A stretch of DNA of 64,000 bases from a virus, in the IMG/VR virus record IMGVR_UViG_3300045243_000021, positions 1 through 64,000 of that record, one strand, 5' to 3'. A program made the position numbers and the translations under genes. The notes below the pieces were generated by a model. The model was given only the letters and a program-made list of their open reading frames with translations. It was not told where the DNA came from and made no database searches. Every line of letters starts with the position of its first letter. Within the stretch, counting starts at the first letter, position 1. Positions 9,134 through 17,759 of this stretch are shown in pieces.

Positions 9134-9528
9134 ACTACCGTTGGGGATTCTGCAAGGTGGACGACGGCTACATGGTTTGCGAGCCTCCGCCAGCAGAACG
9201 ACTGCAAGCGGTTCGCGACATGATAGCCGGTAAACGAAACGGCGTTGGCGTGACCACTCGACGCATTGCCATCGTCGAGACGAGTCATTACATGGGCGAC
9301 GAGGAGGCGGCAAAGATCGCTGCTCTACTTGGCGCGGCTCCCGACTACGCACTGCTCTTGGCTGGCATCATGTCGGGCTTCGTCGACGTTAGCGGGCCTG
9401 ACGTGGTTGTCAAAGGAATGTACTACGTCGTTGATTACGATGAATTCGGCTGCCCGATTTTGACGGACAAGCTGCGTGCCGCCATCGCGCCCCCGCGCGG
9501 CCAGGGGAGGGGGAGCCACAGCCGATGA
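9130..9528 (+). CDS. hypothetical protein
   Basis: ATGA overlaps at both ends. Confidence 0.5.
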   Translation: MNYRWGFCKVDDGYMVCEPPPAERLQAVRDMIAGKRNGVGVTTRRIAIVETSHYMGDEEAAKIAALLGAAPDYALLLAGIMSGFVDVSGPDVVVKGMYYVVDYDEFGCPILTDKLRAAIAPPRGQGRGSHSR

Positions 9529-10262
9529 AGATGGACAGTGAGAAGCCATTAACGCTACTCAACCCCGATATGGGAAATCTCATAATGGCCCCTGCCCCCG
9601 CCGGCCAGTATCGGGCGCGGGCTGAACGGCTGGAAAAAGCCTACGGCGACCTGTATCAGAAGTACCTTGCCAAAGGTGCGCGTCAGTCGATCGCTATTGC
9701 TGATGAGGCCACGCAACGCTCTCGTCAGACTGCCCTGCTCCAGCGGGCGGCGGAGGCGTTGGTAGAGGCAATGGACGTGGCAATAGCTGACGATGACCGT
9801 GTGTATGGCATGCTCCCCATGGACGATTCGCAAATGTCGCCTGAGTTCAAGGCGAAGGTGGATCGTTGGCGTGCCCTGCTGGCGGAACTGCGGGTAGTGG
9901 GCCAACTTCGTGTTGATCCCGCTATCCATTCTGTTTTAGAGAGGGTAGTGCAAATGACAGACCAAGAGGCAGCAGAGCTAGAAATCGTGGACATGTTGCC
10001 GAACTACTTTGACTCAAGCAAAGGTGAAGACATTCCGCCGGAACTTATTGGAGCAACCATTCTGCGTATTGGCACGCCTGCTAAGCAGGGGGCGGTTTCG
10101 GGGGGTGGGTTGGTGATTGATTTTTTGCCCTCTGGGCGGCCTCAAGCCCTGCGAATAGTCCTGGGGCTAAACGAGCTAGGGTCGTGGATTGAACATATGA
10201 CGATACTAAACTCTTCCAGCCCGGTTTGCGCCGAAGGATTGCTTGCTGCAAGACAAGGATAA
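9525..10262 (+). CDS. hypothetical protein, possibly chimeric
   Basis: ATGA overlap; second half AT-richer with an internal RBS and ATG near 9955. Confidence 0.45.
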   Translation: MKMDSEKPLTLLNPDMGNLIMAPAPAGQYRARAERLEKAYGDLYQKYLAKGARQSIAIADEATQRSRQTALLQRAAEALVEAMDVAIADDDRVYGMLPMDDSQMSPEFKAKVDRWRALLAELRVVGQLRVDPAIHSVLERVVQMTDQEAAELEIVDMLPNYFDSSKGEDIPPELIGATILRIGTPAKQGAVSGGGLVIDFLPSGRPQALRIVLGLNELGSWIEHMTILNSSSPVCAEGLLAARQG

Positions 10263-10335
10263 TGCCTTGATTGGCCGTACCGAACTGCGGGTACAATAGG
10301 GACATGGACGAACGTGGAAAGCTACAATTGCAGCG

Positions 10336-10776
10336 ATGATTACTCCAGAGCAGAAAGAACGGTTCTTGGCGATATTAGCTGATACGGCCAACGTATTTAG
10401 GTCAGCACGTCGGGCCGGGCTCAATCGTCAACACCTGTACCGGTTGCGACGAACAGATGAGGAGTTTGCCAAGTTATGGGATGAGGCCGTTGAGCTTGGC
10501 ACTTGTGCGCTCGAGGACGAGGCGGTGCGACGGAGCTACCAAGGCTGCCTCAAGCCGACGAAGTATGGCATGGTGCGGGAGTTCAGCGATACGCTACTAG
10601 TGCTGCTGCTTAAGGCGCGGCGCAGGGCCGTCTATGGCGATAAGGTGGATTCAAACGTCAACCTCTCTGGTACTATCGACTGGACGGCCACGGCGGAACG
10701 CCTTAACGGCAATCGCAATGAGGTGGAACGTTTGCTGGAAGCCAAGGCGGCAGGCCTTGATAAACCGAAGCCATGA
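10336..10776 (+). CDS. terminase small subunit
   Basis: FL..LA.TANV..SAR.AG..R..LY..R..D.EFA..WDEA...LEDEA.RR...SD.LL..LLKA; directly upstream of TerL. Confidence 0.85.
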   Translation: MITPEQKERFLAILADTANVFRSARRAGLNRQHLYRLRRTDEEFAKLWDEAVELGTCALEDEAVRRSYQGCLKPTKYGMVREFSDTLLVLLLKARRRAVYGDKVDSNVNLSGTIDWTATAERLNGNRNEVERLLEAKAAGLDKPKP

Positions 10777-12359
10777 TCATTCCTGACGACATAGCGCGTC
10801 GCATCATTGCCGATCCGTTTGCCTTCCTCAAATTCTTCTGGTCCGACGTCAAGTTTTACGACAAGCAATGGGACATCATCGATTCGGTGGAGCGGAACGT
10901 GAAGACGTTCGTTCCGGCCGGCAACAAGCTCGGCAAGGACTTTGTCGGGGCATTCATCGTTTTGCGTTGGTGGATGCGTGCTTTCCTGGAAAACAAAACA
11001 TGCCGTATCCTTACGACGTCCGTGGCTGATGAGCATATGGATGTGCTTTGGGGTGAGATCGGGCGATTCCTGGCGACCAGCGAATTCCCATGGAACGTGG
11101 AAAAAGGTGGTCCGTTCGCTGTCAACTTTCAAGAAATCCGTCGTGCCAGCGAGGTCAAGGACAAGAACCCACTGTCGGCCGTCAAAGGTCAGGTGGCGAA
11201 GAAGGGTGAAAAGCTAGCCGGGCGTCATGCCGACTACACCATGCTTCTCGGCGACGAAGCCTCGGGCCTCGAGGATCAGGTAGACGACCAGGGCAATGGC
11301 TGGGCCAAGCGGTTCCTGTATCCGGGAAATTGTAACGAAGGGTGCAACAACTTCTTTGCGAAGGCGACGGATACGGACTTGTATCCAGACGCTGGCGACG
11401 TGCCTGCGCCGGATGGTACGTTCTACCGCAAGGTCATTCGCATCACCGCAGAAGACTCGCCGAATATCCGTTGGGCACGCGAACAACAAGCGAAAGGCAT
11501 TGAGCCGGACGATGAGACAATCGTTGATGGGGTGCTCTCGTGGTCTGAGTACCAGTTGCGGAGGGCGACGTGGAACATCAAGAGGCAAACCGTTGGCCTC
11601 GACGCCAAGTTCTATCATGGCGCCGAGGTCATGCTCTTCCCCGTCGAGTACCTCAACCGCGCTGAGGAGATTGTCGTGGGCGAACGGCGTAGGGCCGAGG
11701 CGGGCGGCTGCGATCCGGCAGAAGGCGGGGACCGTACGAGCATGGTGGCGGTGGATCGGTTCGGCGTAATCGAGGTCGTCTCGAAGAAAACGCCGGACAC
11801 GAACGTTATCACGTTCGATGCGCTGGCCTTCATGCGCCGGCACAACATACCGCCCGAGAACTTCGTCTTTGACCGTGGCGGTGGTGGCAAGCAGCATGCG
11901 GACAGGCTTCGGGCCATGGACTATCCGGTGCGGACGGTGATGTTTGGTGAATCACCGACGGTGGAACTGAAGCGGGGCATGACGACGTTCGGGGAGCGCA
12001 AGGAAGCGGTTGAGGACCGCGGGGCGTACAAGAACCGCCGGGCCGAAATGTACGGCGAACTGGCGGACCTGCTCGACCCGCACCTGAACCCGAAGGGCTT
12101 TGCGTTGCCGCGTGGTGAATGCCGAAAGGCTGAGCCGGGTCGAAAAAGCTTGCGGGAGCAGCTCCAGGTGGTGCCAAGGGAATATGATGAAGGCAAGCTG
12201 AGCATTCGGTCGAAGTCACGGAAGCCGGGGCAGGAAGAGAATAAGCTTAAGACGTTGACGGAGTTGGTTTCGCATTCGCCCGATGAACTTGATGCGTTGG
12301 TGTTGGCATGCTACGGGATGCTTCATCGGCAGGTGCGGCAGGTAGCGGGGGCGGTGTAA
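10773..12359 (+). CDS. terminase large subunit
   Basis: Walker A AGNKLGKD, Walker B LLGDEASG, nuclease GCDPAEGGD and SPDELDAL. Confidence 0.9.
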   Translation: MIIPDDIARRIIADPFAFLKFFWSDVKFYDKQWDIIDSVERNVKTFVPAGNKLGKDFVGAFIVLRWWMRAFLENKTCRILTTSVADEHMDVLWGEIGRFLATSEFPWNVEKGGPFAVNFQEIRRASEVKDKNPLSAVKGQVAKKGEKLAGRHADYTMLLGDEASGLEDQVDDQGNGWAKRFLYPGNCNEGCNNFFAKATDTDLYPDAGDVPAPDGTFYRKVIRITAEDSPNIRWAREQQAKGIEPDDETIVDGVLSWSEYQLRRATWNIKRQTVGLDAKFYHGAEVMLFPVEYLNRAEEIVVGERRRAEAGGCDPAEGGDRTSMVAVDRFGVIEVVSKKTPDTNVITFDALAFMRRHNIPPENFVFDRGGGGKQHADRLRAMDYPVRTVMFGESPTVELKRGMTTFGERKEAVEDRGAYKNRRAEMYGELADLLDPHLNPKGFALPRGECRKAEPGRKSLREQLQVVPREYDEGKLSIRSKSRKPGQEENKLKTLTELVSHSPDELDALVLACYGMLHRQVRQVAGAV

Positions 12360-12707
12360 ATGATCGAAGTAATAGTTCCGGTCGGTATTGCCAAGATAAA
12401 CAATCACTTCTGCGGGTGTGGTGATGCAGCATTGGCTTGGCAGGAAATCCACGACGAACTAAAGCGGTGCGCGCTAGAAAGTAAGCCGCTCATTGATGAG
12501 AAGGGTGGGCTCTGGTATATCATGGCCTATCTACTAGATCATTGCGGATTGACGGAGCACGGCACTAGCGTGCATTACCCTTGGCTGACGGCGGAAGGCG
12601 AAAAGGCGTTGGAGTTTCTTAATCAGTGGACTGCTGACTGGAAAGGGACACCAGACGTCGATTTTGTGTCGCCGGACGGTGCATTGCTTCACATGCCGAA
12701 GGATTAG
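12360..12707 (+). CDS. hypothetical protein
   Basis: TAAATG coupling; LD.CGLTEHGTSV..PWLT..G motif. Confidence 0.55.
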   Translation: MIEVIVPVGIAKINNHFCGCGDAALAWQEIHDELKRCALESKPLIDEKGGLWYIMAYLLDHCGLTEHGTSVHYPWLTAEGEKALEFLNQWTADWKGTPDVDFVSPDGALLHMPKD

Positions 12708-12728
12708 GTAGACCCACCATCACAAGAA

Positions 12729-13265
12729 ATGAACATCCCCGACATCAACCTCGAGCCGGAACCGCAGCCACGCGGGTACAATTGGCAGCTCTACTTCTAC
12801 GAGTTCTGCGAAAAGCATGGCCGTCCGATGCAGCTGTGGGGCGTGCAGGTTTTCCCGGACGGGTTCACCTATTCCGCGACCGACTACGCAGGGCCGGAGT
12901 GGCGACCGCCGAACGATCCGCACGAACTACGGAAGCTGCTCCTGGGCTACTGGTCCAAGCTGGCATCGCTCTGCAAGATCGAGCTGAAGAAGGCCGAACG
13001 CGAGCTGGCCAACATAGAATTGACGCAGGCTGAGCGTGCGGCACCATTGCAGCATGAGTGGGGCGAATGGGACGCCGCGGCTGGTTGCTATCGGGCCAAA
13101 CGTGGCGAGCTGGATCTGGGCGGCTTTCAGGTGCGCGTGACTGATCGGCGTATGGAGTACGAGTACGCGGCCAGCAACGTGGAACGCCTGAAGCATGGCG
13201 AGTGGGCGTTGTCGATGATGGAATGGCAAGACCTGCGTAAGCAGCAAGAAGACGAGGCGGCATGA
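12729..13265 (+). CDS. hypothetical protein
   Basis: Co-oriented ORF with phage-like codon usage. Confidence 0.55.
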   Translation: MNIPDINLEPEPQPRGYNWQLYFYEFCEKHGRPMQLWGVQVFPDGFTYSATDYAGPEWRPPNDPHELRKLLLGYWSKLASLCKIELKKAERELANIELTQAERAAPLQHEWGEWDAAAGCYRAKRGELDLGGFQVRVTDRRMEYEYAASNVERLKHGEWALSMMEWQDLRKQQEDEAA

Positions 13266-13377
13266 ACGGTGATCGAGCGTTTGCCATGGATTGGCCTGGC
13301 GCTGATTATTGGGAAGGCCATCCGGAGCAAGTGGACCCCGAAGTCGATGAGCCTACCATCGTGGAGAAGAAGCCAAC

Positions 13378-13689
13378 GTGAAAACCCGCGATCAAATCCT
13401 GTCCGCCAAGCACCGCCTCGCCCTCCATGCGCACGCCGCCAAGTTTGAACGTACAGACCTCCAGCTCGGAGCCTTGATGGGCATGGTGGCGGCCCTCGAC
13501 TGGGCCATGCAAATCGGTGGGCACAACAACCCGGTTGACGTCGTGCTGGCGGGTCTACCGTTGGCTCGGGGCGTGCAGCGGGCGAACGGGCTCAGGCTGG
13601 TGTACGTGAACGCCGACAGCGACAACGAGCAGGCGTACGAGATTACGTACGGGCAGGCGGTGGAAGATGGCGGGCTTATCCTGCCGTAG
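13378..13689 (+). CDS. hypothetical protein
   Basis: Co-oriented ORF. Confidence 0.45.
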   Translation: MKTRDQILSAKHRLALHAHAAKFERTDLQLGALMGMVAALDWAMQIGGHNNPVDVVLAGLPLARGVQRANGLRLVYVNADSDNEQAYEITYGQAVEDGGLILP

Positions 13690-13777
13690 ACTTTGAAGCC
13701 ACATTCACGACTGCACCTCAAACCGGAAGATCAGATAATCGCTGCGTCCACTTTCTTCGGCACGAACACCATCATGG

Positions 13778-13984
13778 TCATCGTTCCTTGGTTGTCGTCA
13801 ATCGTAACCCCACCACTCGGCATATCTTTGCCGCCGACGCCAACGACAGCCCTCTCTCGCCAGCAAGGAACCGCGAAATCTGTGCGTGACTGACGCCGGC
13901 CTGCTTGGCCAAATCGCGCTGGGCCAATCCGCTTGCAAGAATGGCTTTCCTGATTTGCTCTTCCATGCTGACGATTTTAGCCAT
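13778..13984 (-). CDS. XRE-family helix-turn-helix regulator
   Basis: SGLAQRDLAKQAGVSHAQISRFLAGERGLSLASAAKIC. Confidence 0.85.
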   Translation of the reverse strand: MAKIVSMEEQIRKAILASGLAQRDLAKQAGVSHAQISRFLAGERGLSLASAAKICRVVGLRLTTTKER

Positions 13985-13991
13985 TTGCCTA

Positions 13992-14020
13992 TTGACACCG
14001 CAAGAGAAGTTCCGCATAAT
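13992..14020 (+). promoter_or_regulatory. sigma70-like promoter of a moron
   Basis: TTGACA-N17-CATAAT followed by a GAGGCCGG...CCGGCCTC hairpin and a GGGAGG RBS. Confidence 0.7.
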
Positions 14021-14096
14021 TGCTGACGTAACAAGTGAGGCCGGCGCTGCTGGAAACAGCCCGGCCTCTGGGCAACCCTATTTGGGAGGGCTACCG

Positions 14097-14564
14097 ATGT
14101 CCGTTCTATCTGCTCAGCCCCGTCTAGCCAACCGCGAACCATTTACCCGTCTGGCCGTCCAGTACCGCGACGGTATGCGTGAAATCGTTTCCGTGCCGTT
14201 TCGGGCCGCACTGGGCCAGTTGATTCGTCTTGATGACGATGACGTCGTGCGCGTCATTGGGCGCGGCTTCTACGGGCACTTGGCAGGCCAAGTGCTGCAC
14301 CTGAAGGACGTGCGGACAGCACCGGATGCTGAGTTGTTGCTGAGCCATGGTGACCTTGACGCCTTTCTCGACCGGCATACCAAAATAACAACGGTTATCG
14401 TTTACGACCGGCGTACGCCGTACGGTTGCAATCTGGCCGAGTTCAAGGCGAAGCACAGTCGGACATTGTGGGGTGAACGGCCCAAGGATGCGGTGATGAG
14501 CGAGACGTGCGAGACGTGTGGCGGGGTTGATGGTTTGTGGCACGATTGCCGGGGGAAGGAGTAA
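14097..14564 (+). CDS. hypothetical moron protein with C-terminal CxxC...HxC
   Basis: RBS GGGAGGG before ATG 14097. Confidence 0.55.
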   Translation: MSVLSAQPRLANREPFTRLAVQYRDGMREIVSVPFRAALGQLIRLDDDDVVRVIGRGFYGHLAGQVLHLKDVRTAPDAELLLSHGDLDAFLDRHTKITTVIVYDRRTPYGCNLAEFKAKHSRTLWGERPKDAVMSETCETCGGVDGLWHDCRGKE

Positions 14565-14569
14565 TTTCG

Positions 14570-14794
14570 ATGAAAATACAGATCAACTACCTATTACCGA
14601 ACGGCAAAACTGTCCGCTATCAAAGCAAGCACTTGCCTAGACCTGGTTCTAAGCTGACGTTTGAAGGCAAGACTTACTTGGTCCTCGACCACCACTTTCA
14701 CTATCGCAGCAAGCAAGACATCAACAATGCTTCGTACACGAGGTCCAACGACGAGCCAGTCGATCACGTGGACGTATCTCTGCTTGACGAGTAA
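14570..14794 (+). CDS. hypothetical protein
   Basis: AAGGAG RBS; AT-richer. Confidence 0.5.
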   Translation: MKIQINYLLPNGKTVRYQSKHLPRPGSKLTFEGKTYLVLDHHFHYRSKQDINNASYTRSNDEPVDHVDVSLLDE

Positions 14795-14852
14795 GACGTC
14801 GGGGGAAGTAATGCTCGTGACGGGTAAGTAGGACCGCCGGGGTTCTACTTTT

Positions 14853-14893
14853 GGGCCAGCCACTTCCTGCGACGGGGTGGTCTGGCCTTTTTT
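14853..14893 (+). terminator. intrinsic terminator
   Basis: GGGCCAG-CCAC...GTGG-T-CTGGCC followed by TTTTTT. Confidence 0.7.
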
Positions 14894-14958
14894 CGTTGAC
14901 TGGCATCGCATTTCGGGCAAAGGTGCTAAAATTGGGGGGAACGAAAGGAGCAACCGAC

Positions 14959-15207
14959 ATGATCGAAGAACAGGCCAAGGCTCTTGGTATTCCGCCGCTC
15001 GTCTTCACGCCGCCGACTGATGAGACGCTTTCGGCGGTAATGGCGCAGCACGATGAGGAGAGGCTGAAGCATTTACGAGCGAAGCTCGCTGCCGGGGTTA
15101 TCAAGCAGGCACTCGACGAATATGGTGGCAAAGGGAATTCTTCCGGAGCCCGAGAGCGACGTAGACGTAAGATTCTAGGGGCCGCTGCTAACCGTGGCGG
15201 CACTTGA
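14959..15207 (+). CDS. hypothetical protein
   Basis: AAAGGAG RBS; TGCTAAAAT extended -10 upstream. Confidence 0.55.
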   Translation: MIEEQAKALGIPPLVFTPPTDETLSAVMAQHDEERLKHLRAKLAAGVIKQALDEYGGKGNSSGARERRRRKILGAAANRGGT

Positions 15208-15208
15208 T

Positions 15209-15304
15209 AGGCCGGAGCCGGACTGATCCCCCGGTGAATCGGCTCAGACCGATGCAGCCTTCTGAGGGGCCTGCTGCGGAGACGCACGGCCCCTTTTTCG
15301 TTTC
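15209..15304 (+). promoter_or_regulatory. structured RNA leader with terminator, copy 1 (before portal)
   Basis: GCCGG/CCGGT hairpin, CTCAGA/TCTGAG hairpin, GGGGCC...GGCCCC plus U-tract. Confidence 0.6.
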
Positions 15305-15316
15305 AGGAGGCATTGC

Positions 15317-17293
15317 ATGTCAAGCCTTAACGGACACGCCCCCTGGGGGCATCCTGACCCAATCGCTCTCAACCGTCTGCAAGCCGCCGTCGAGAATCTC
15401 TCCACCTCTCTGCCTCGCGACCTCATCCGCGGATTCCAAAATATCGATCCGCGCCGCAACCTGGACGATGAGTGCGGCTATCCGCCGTCCAGTACGCTCA
15501 ACGCCCAGCTCTATCGCGACCTCTACGACCGCGAACCATTAGCTACGCGCACGGTGCAGCTGCTACCCGAAGAGGCATGGCAGGTTCAGCCGAACGTGAC
15601 GGAGGACGACTCAGCAGAGAATGTCACGCCATTCGAGGAAGCCTGGGACGCCTTATCGCGGCAACTGGCTGGGCCGGCCGGCAATGGATCGTGGTATCAG
15701 GATGAGGACGGTTCTTCCATTTGGCAGCACCTGAAGCGTGCTGACACGCTCTCGGGTATCGGGCATTACGGCATCCTGTTGTTCGGCATCGACGATGGCA
15801 AGGAACTGTGGGAGCCGGTGGATGGCGTGGTCGAGTTCGTAGCGAATGGTTGGCTGGATTCGCCCATCACGCCTGCGGAAGAGATTTGTTTGCTGACGCC
15901 AACGCCGCAAAAGACGTGGAACGGCAAGCGTCGTGAAGTGGTCGTGAATGGCAAGGTGCAATGGGAGTTTGAGTTCTACGATCACCAGCCGCCGACGATG
16001 AATGACGAAGAGGCGATGGTCTTTAACGGCTGGAAGGAGAATAGCGAACTCGTTACTAACGCCATCCAGCAACGCAAAACCCAGATGCAGACGCCGCAGT
16101 CGCTGGGCATTGTCGGGACTGACCAGCAGTATGACGGCGTGGTGGGTAGCCAAACCACCTATGGCCCGTCTGATATGTTCAAGGACGGTCCGAAGCTGCC
16201 AAAGGTTGCCAAGCGGCGCTTGCTTTTCCTGCGGGCATTCGACGAGAGCCTGGTGCAGGTCGTGCGTTACGAGCGGAACATGCACAACCCGCGCTTCGGT
16301 CAGCCGGTGATGTACCGGGTGACGCTGAACGACCCGCGTGAGCAGCATTCGGGCATCGGTCTGCCGCTGGCCACGGTGTTTGTTCATTGGTCCCGTGTGC
16401 AGCACTTGAACGACGTGGGCTGCGTGGCGGGTGCAAGTGAAATCTTCTCACCGCCGCGCATGCGTTCGCCGCTCAACGACATCCTCAACGGCCGTAAGGT
16501 GCGTGGCTCAGGCGCCGAAGGCTACTATAAATCGTGCTTCACGGCCTACTCGTTCGAGACGAATCCGCAACTGGGCGGCGACGTCCTCATTAACAAGACC
16601 GATCTCTTGAATCAGTGGGAGAACTTCCAGAACGGCTTGCAGCGGGCGATGATGCTCTCGGGTCTGTCGATGAAGAGCCAGGCCCCGACGGTCGTGGACC
16701 CGACGCCGCACGTGGACAAAGCCATCGAGGCCATTTGTATCGTGCTCGGTTGTCCGGTGCGGGTATTCAAGGGGAGCGAGCGTGGCGAGCTAGCGTCGAG
16801 TCAGGACGATTCGAGCTGGAATGACCGGATGAAAGCGCGGCAGAACTACTACATCACGCCACGTATCATCGTGCCGTTTATCGACCGGTTGATAACGCTA
16901 GGCGTACTGCCCGAGCCAAAGGGCTATAGCGTGCGTTGGCCTGACCTGGACAGCAACACGGACAAGGACAAGGCGACGATTCTCCTGACGCGGACGCAGG
17001 CGTATGCGGCGTACGTGCAGGGTGGCATCGAGGCGATGATCCCGAAGAAAGACTACATGACGAAATTCGACGACATGGATGAGGAAGAGGCGGAGGCGGT
17101 TATCATTGACGCCGAAGCCGCCGAAGAGCAGCAGATGCTGGAGGATCAGCAGATGGCTCAGGAGCAAGGCTTCGAGCCCGCGCCGCCGGAAGGGTTCCAG
17201 GCACCAGAGCCGGAGCCGCCAGCCACACCAATCAAGGTGAAGCCGGGCGAGAAGCTGGTACATCCGGCGAGTGTCAAGGCACCGGGGGGGTGA
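15317..17293 (+). CDS. portal protein (DUF1073-like) with internal insertion
   Basis: ECGYP, LY.R..LA...V..LPEEAW, AD.LSGIG.YG.L, PRFGQP.MY, VHWSRVQH, GSERGELASSQD...WN...ARQ; between terminase and MuF. Confidence 0.85.
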   Translation: MSSLNGHAPWGHPDPIALNRLQAAVENLSTSLPRDLIRGFQNIDPRRNLDDECGYPPSSTLNAQLYRDLYDREPLATRTVQLLPEEAWQVQPNVTEDDSAENVTPFEEAWDALSRQLAGPAGNGSWYQDEDGSSIWQHLKRADTLSGIGHYGILLFGIDDGKELWEPVDGVVEFVANGWLDSPITPAEEICLLTPTPQKTWNGKRREVVVNGKVQWEFEFYDHQPPTMNDEEAMVFNGWKENSELVTNAIQQRKTQMQTPQSLGIVGTDQQYDGVVGSQTTYGPSDMFKDGPKLPKVAKRRLLFLRAFDESLVQVVRYERNMHNPRFGQPVMYRVTLNDPREQHSGIGLPLATVFVHWSRVQHLNDVGCVAGASEIFSPPRMRSPLNDILNGRKVRGSGAEGYYKSCFTAYSFETNPQLGGDVLINKTDLLNQWENFQNGLQRAMMLSGLSMKSQAPTVVDPTPHVDKAIEAICIVLGCPVRVFKGSERGELASSQDDSSWNDRMKARQNYYITPRIIVPFIDRLITLGVLPEPKGYSVRWPDLDSNTDKDKATILLTRTQAYAAYVQGGIEAMIPKKDYMTKFDDMDEEEAEAVIIDAEAAEEQQMLEDQQMAQEQGFEPAPPEGFQAPEPEPPATPIKVKPGEKLVHPASVKAPGG

Positions 17294-17294
17294 A

Positions 17295-17756
17295 GTGGAA
17301 AGTTTTAAGTTTCGTAGTCCAGAAAATGACGACTGGCAAATTGGCTTTGTTGTCAAGGACGTTCTTGGCGCCATCGACTACCTGTATGCCAAAGAAGTCT
17401 ATGGCCCATTTACACTAGTGATGGGTCGATACTGGATTGCGTTCTTGTTGGCGATTTACGTCGCGCCTAACGTCACTGCCGAACGGCTTGTGCAGGCGGC
17501 TAAACGCGGTGGTCTTAGGCCGCTCAAAGATCGGCTTGAATTCATCGAAATGATTAGGGCGGTACTTATCAATCCTTCAAAGAGCGACGACGGGTATGCC
17601 GTTGAGTTGGTCAAGAACGGCAAGGCATTTACGTTCACGGTAGATAAGCCGGTAATGCTCACCAAGGAGCAGTTGCAGGACAGCCTTCGCGACCTTACGG
17701 CGTTGCCGGTAGACATCGCTAGCGAGAATCTACGGCGGCAGTTTGCGGGGGAGTAA
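17295..17756 (+). CDS. hypothetical protein
   Basis: Co-oriented ORF between portal and MuF. Confidence 0.45.
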   Translation: MESFKFRSPENDDWQIGFVVKDVLGAIDYLYAKEVYGPFTLVMGRYWIAFLLAIYVAPNVTAERLVQAAKRGGLRPLKDRLEFIEMIRAVLINPSKSDDGYAVELVKNGKAFTFTVDKPVMLTKEQLQDSLRDLTALPVDIASENLRRQFAGE

Positions 17757-17759
17757 TCC

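Noticed and set aside
14826-14893. Fourth copy of the structured leader
   Set aside because: Has a hairpin and terminator but lacks the GGCTGAA stem-loop and loop-to-5' complementarity
15317-17293. Anti-CBASS Acb1 call sometimes attached to DUF1073 proteins
   Set aside because: No HxT phosphoesterase domain recognised; position and motifs fit a portal
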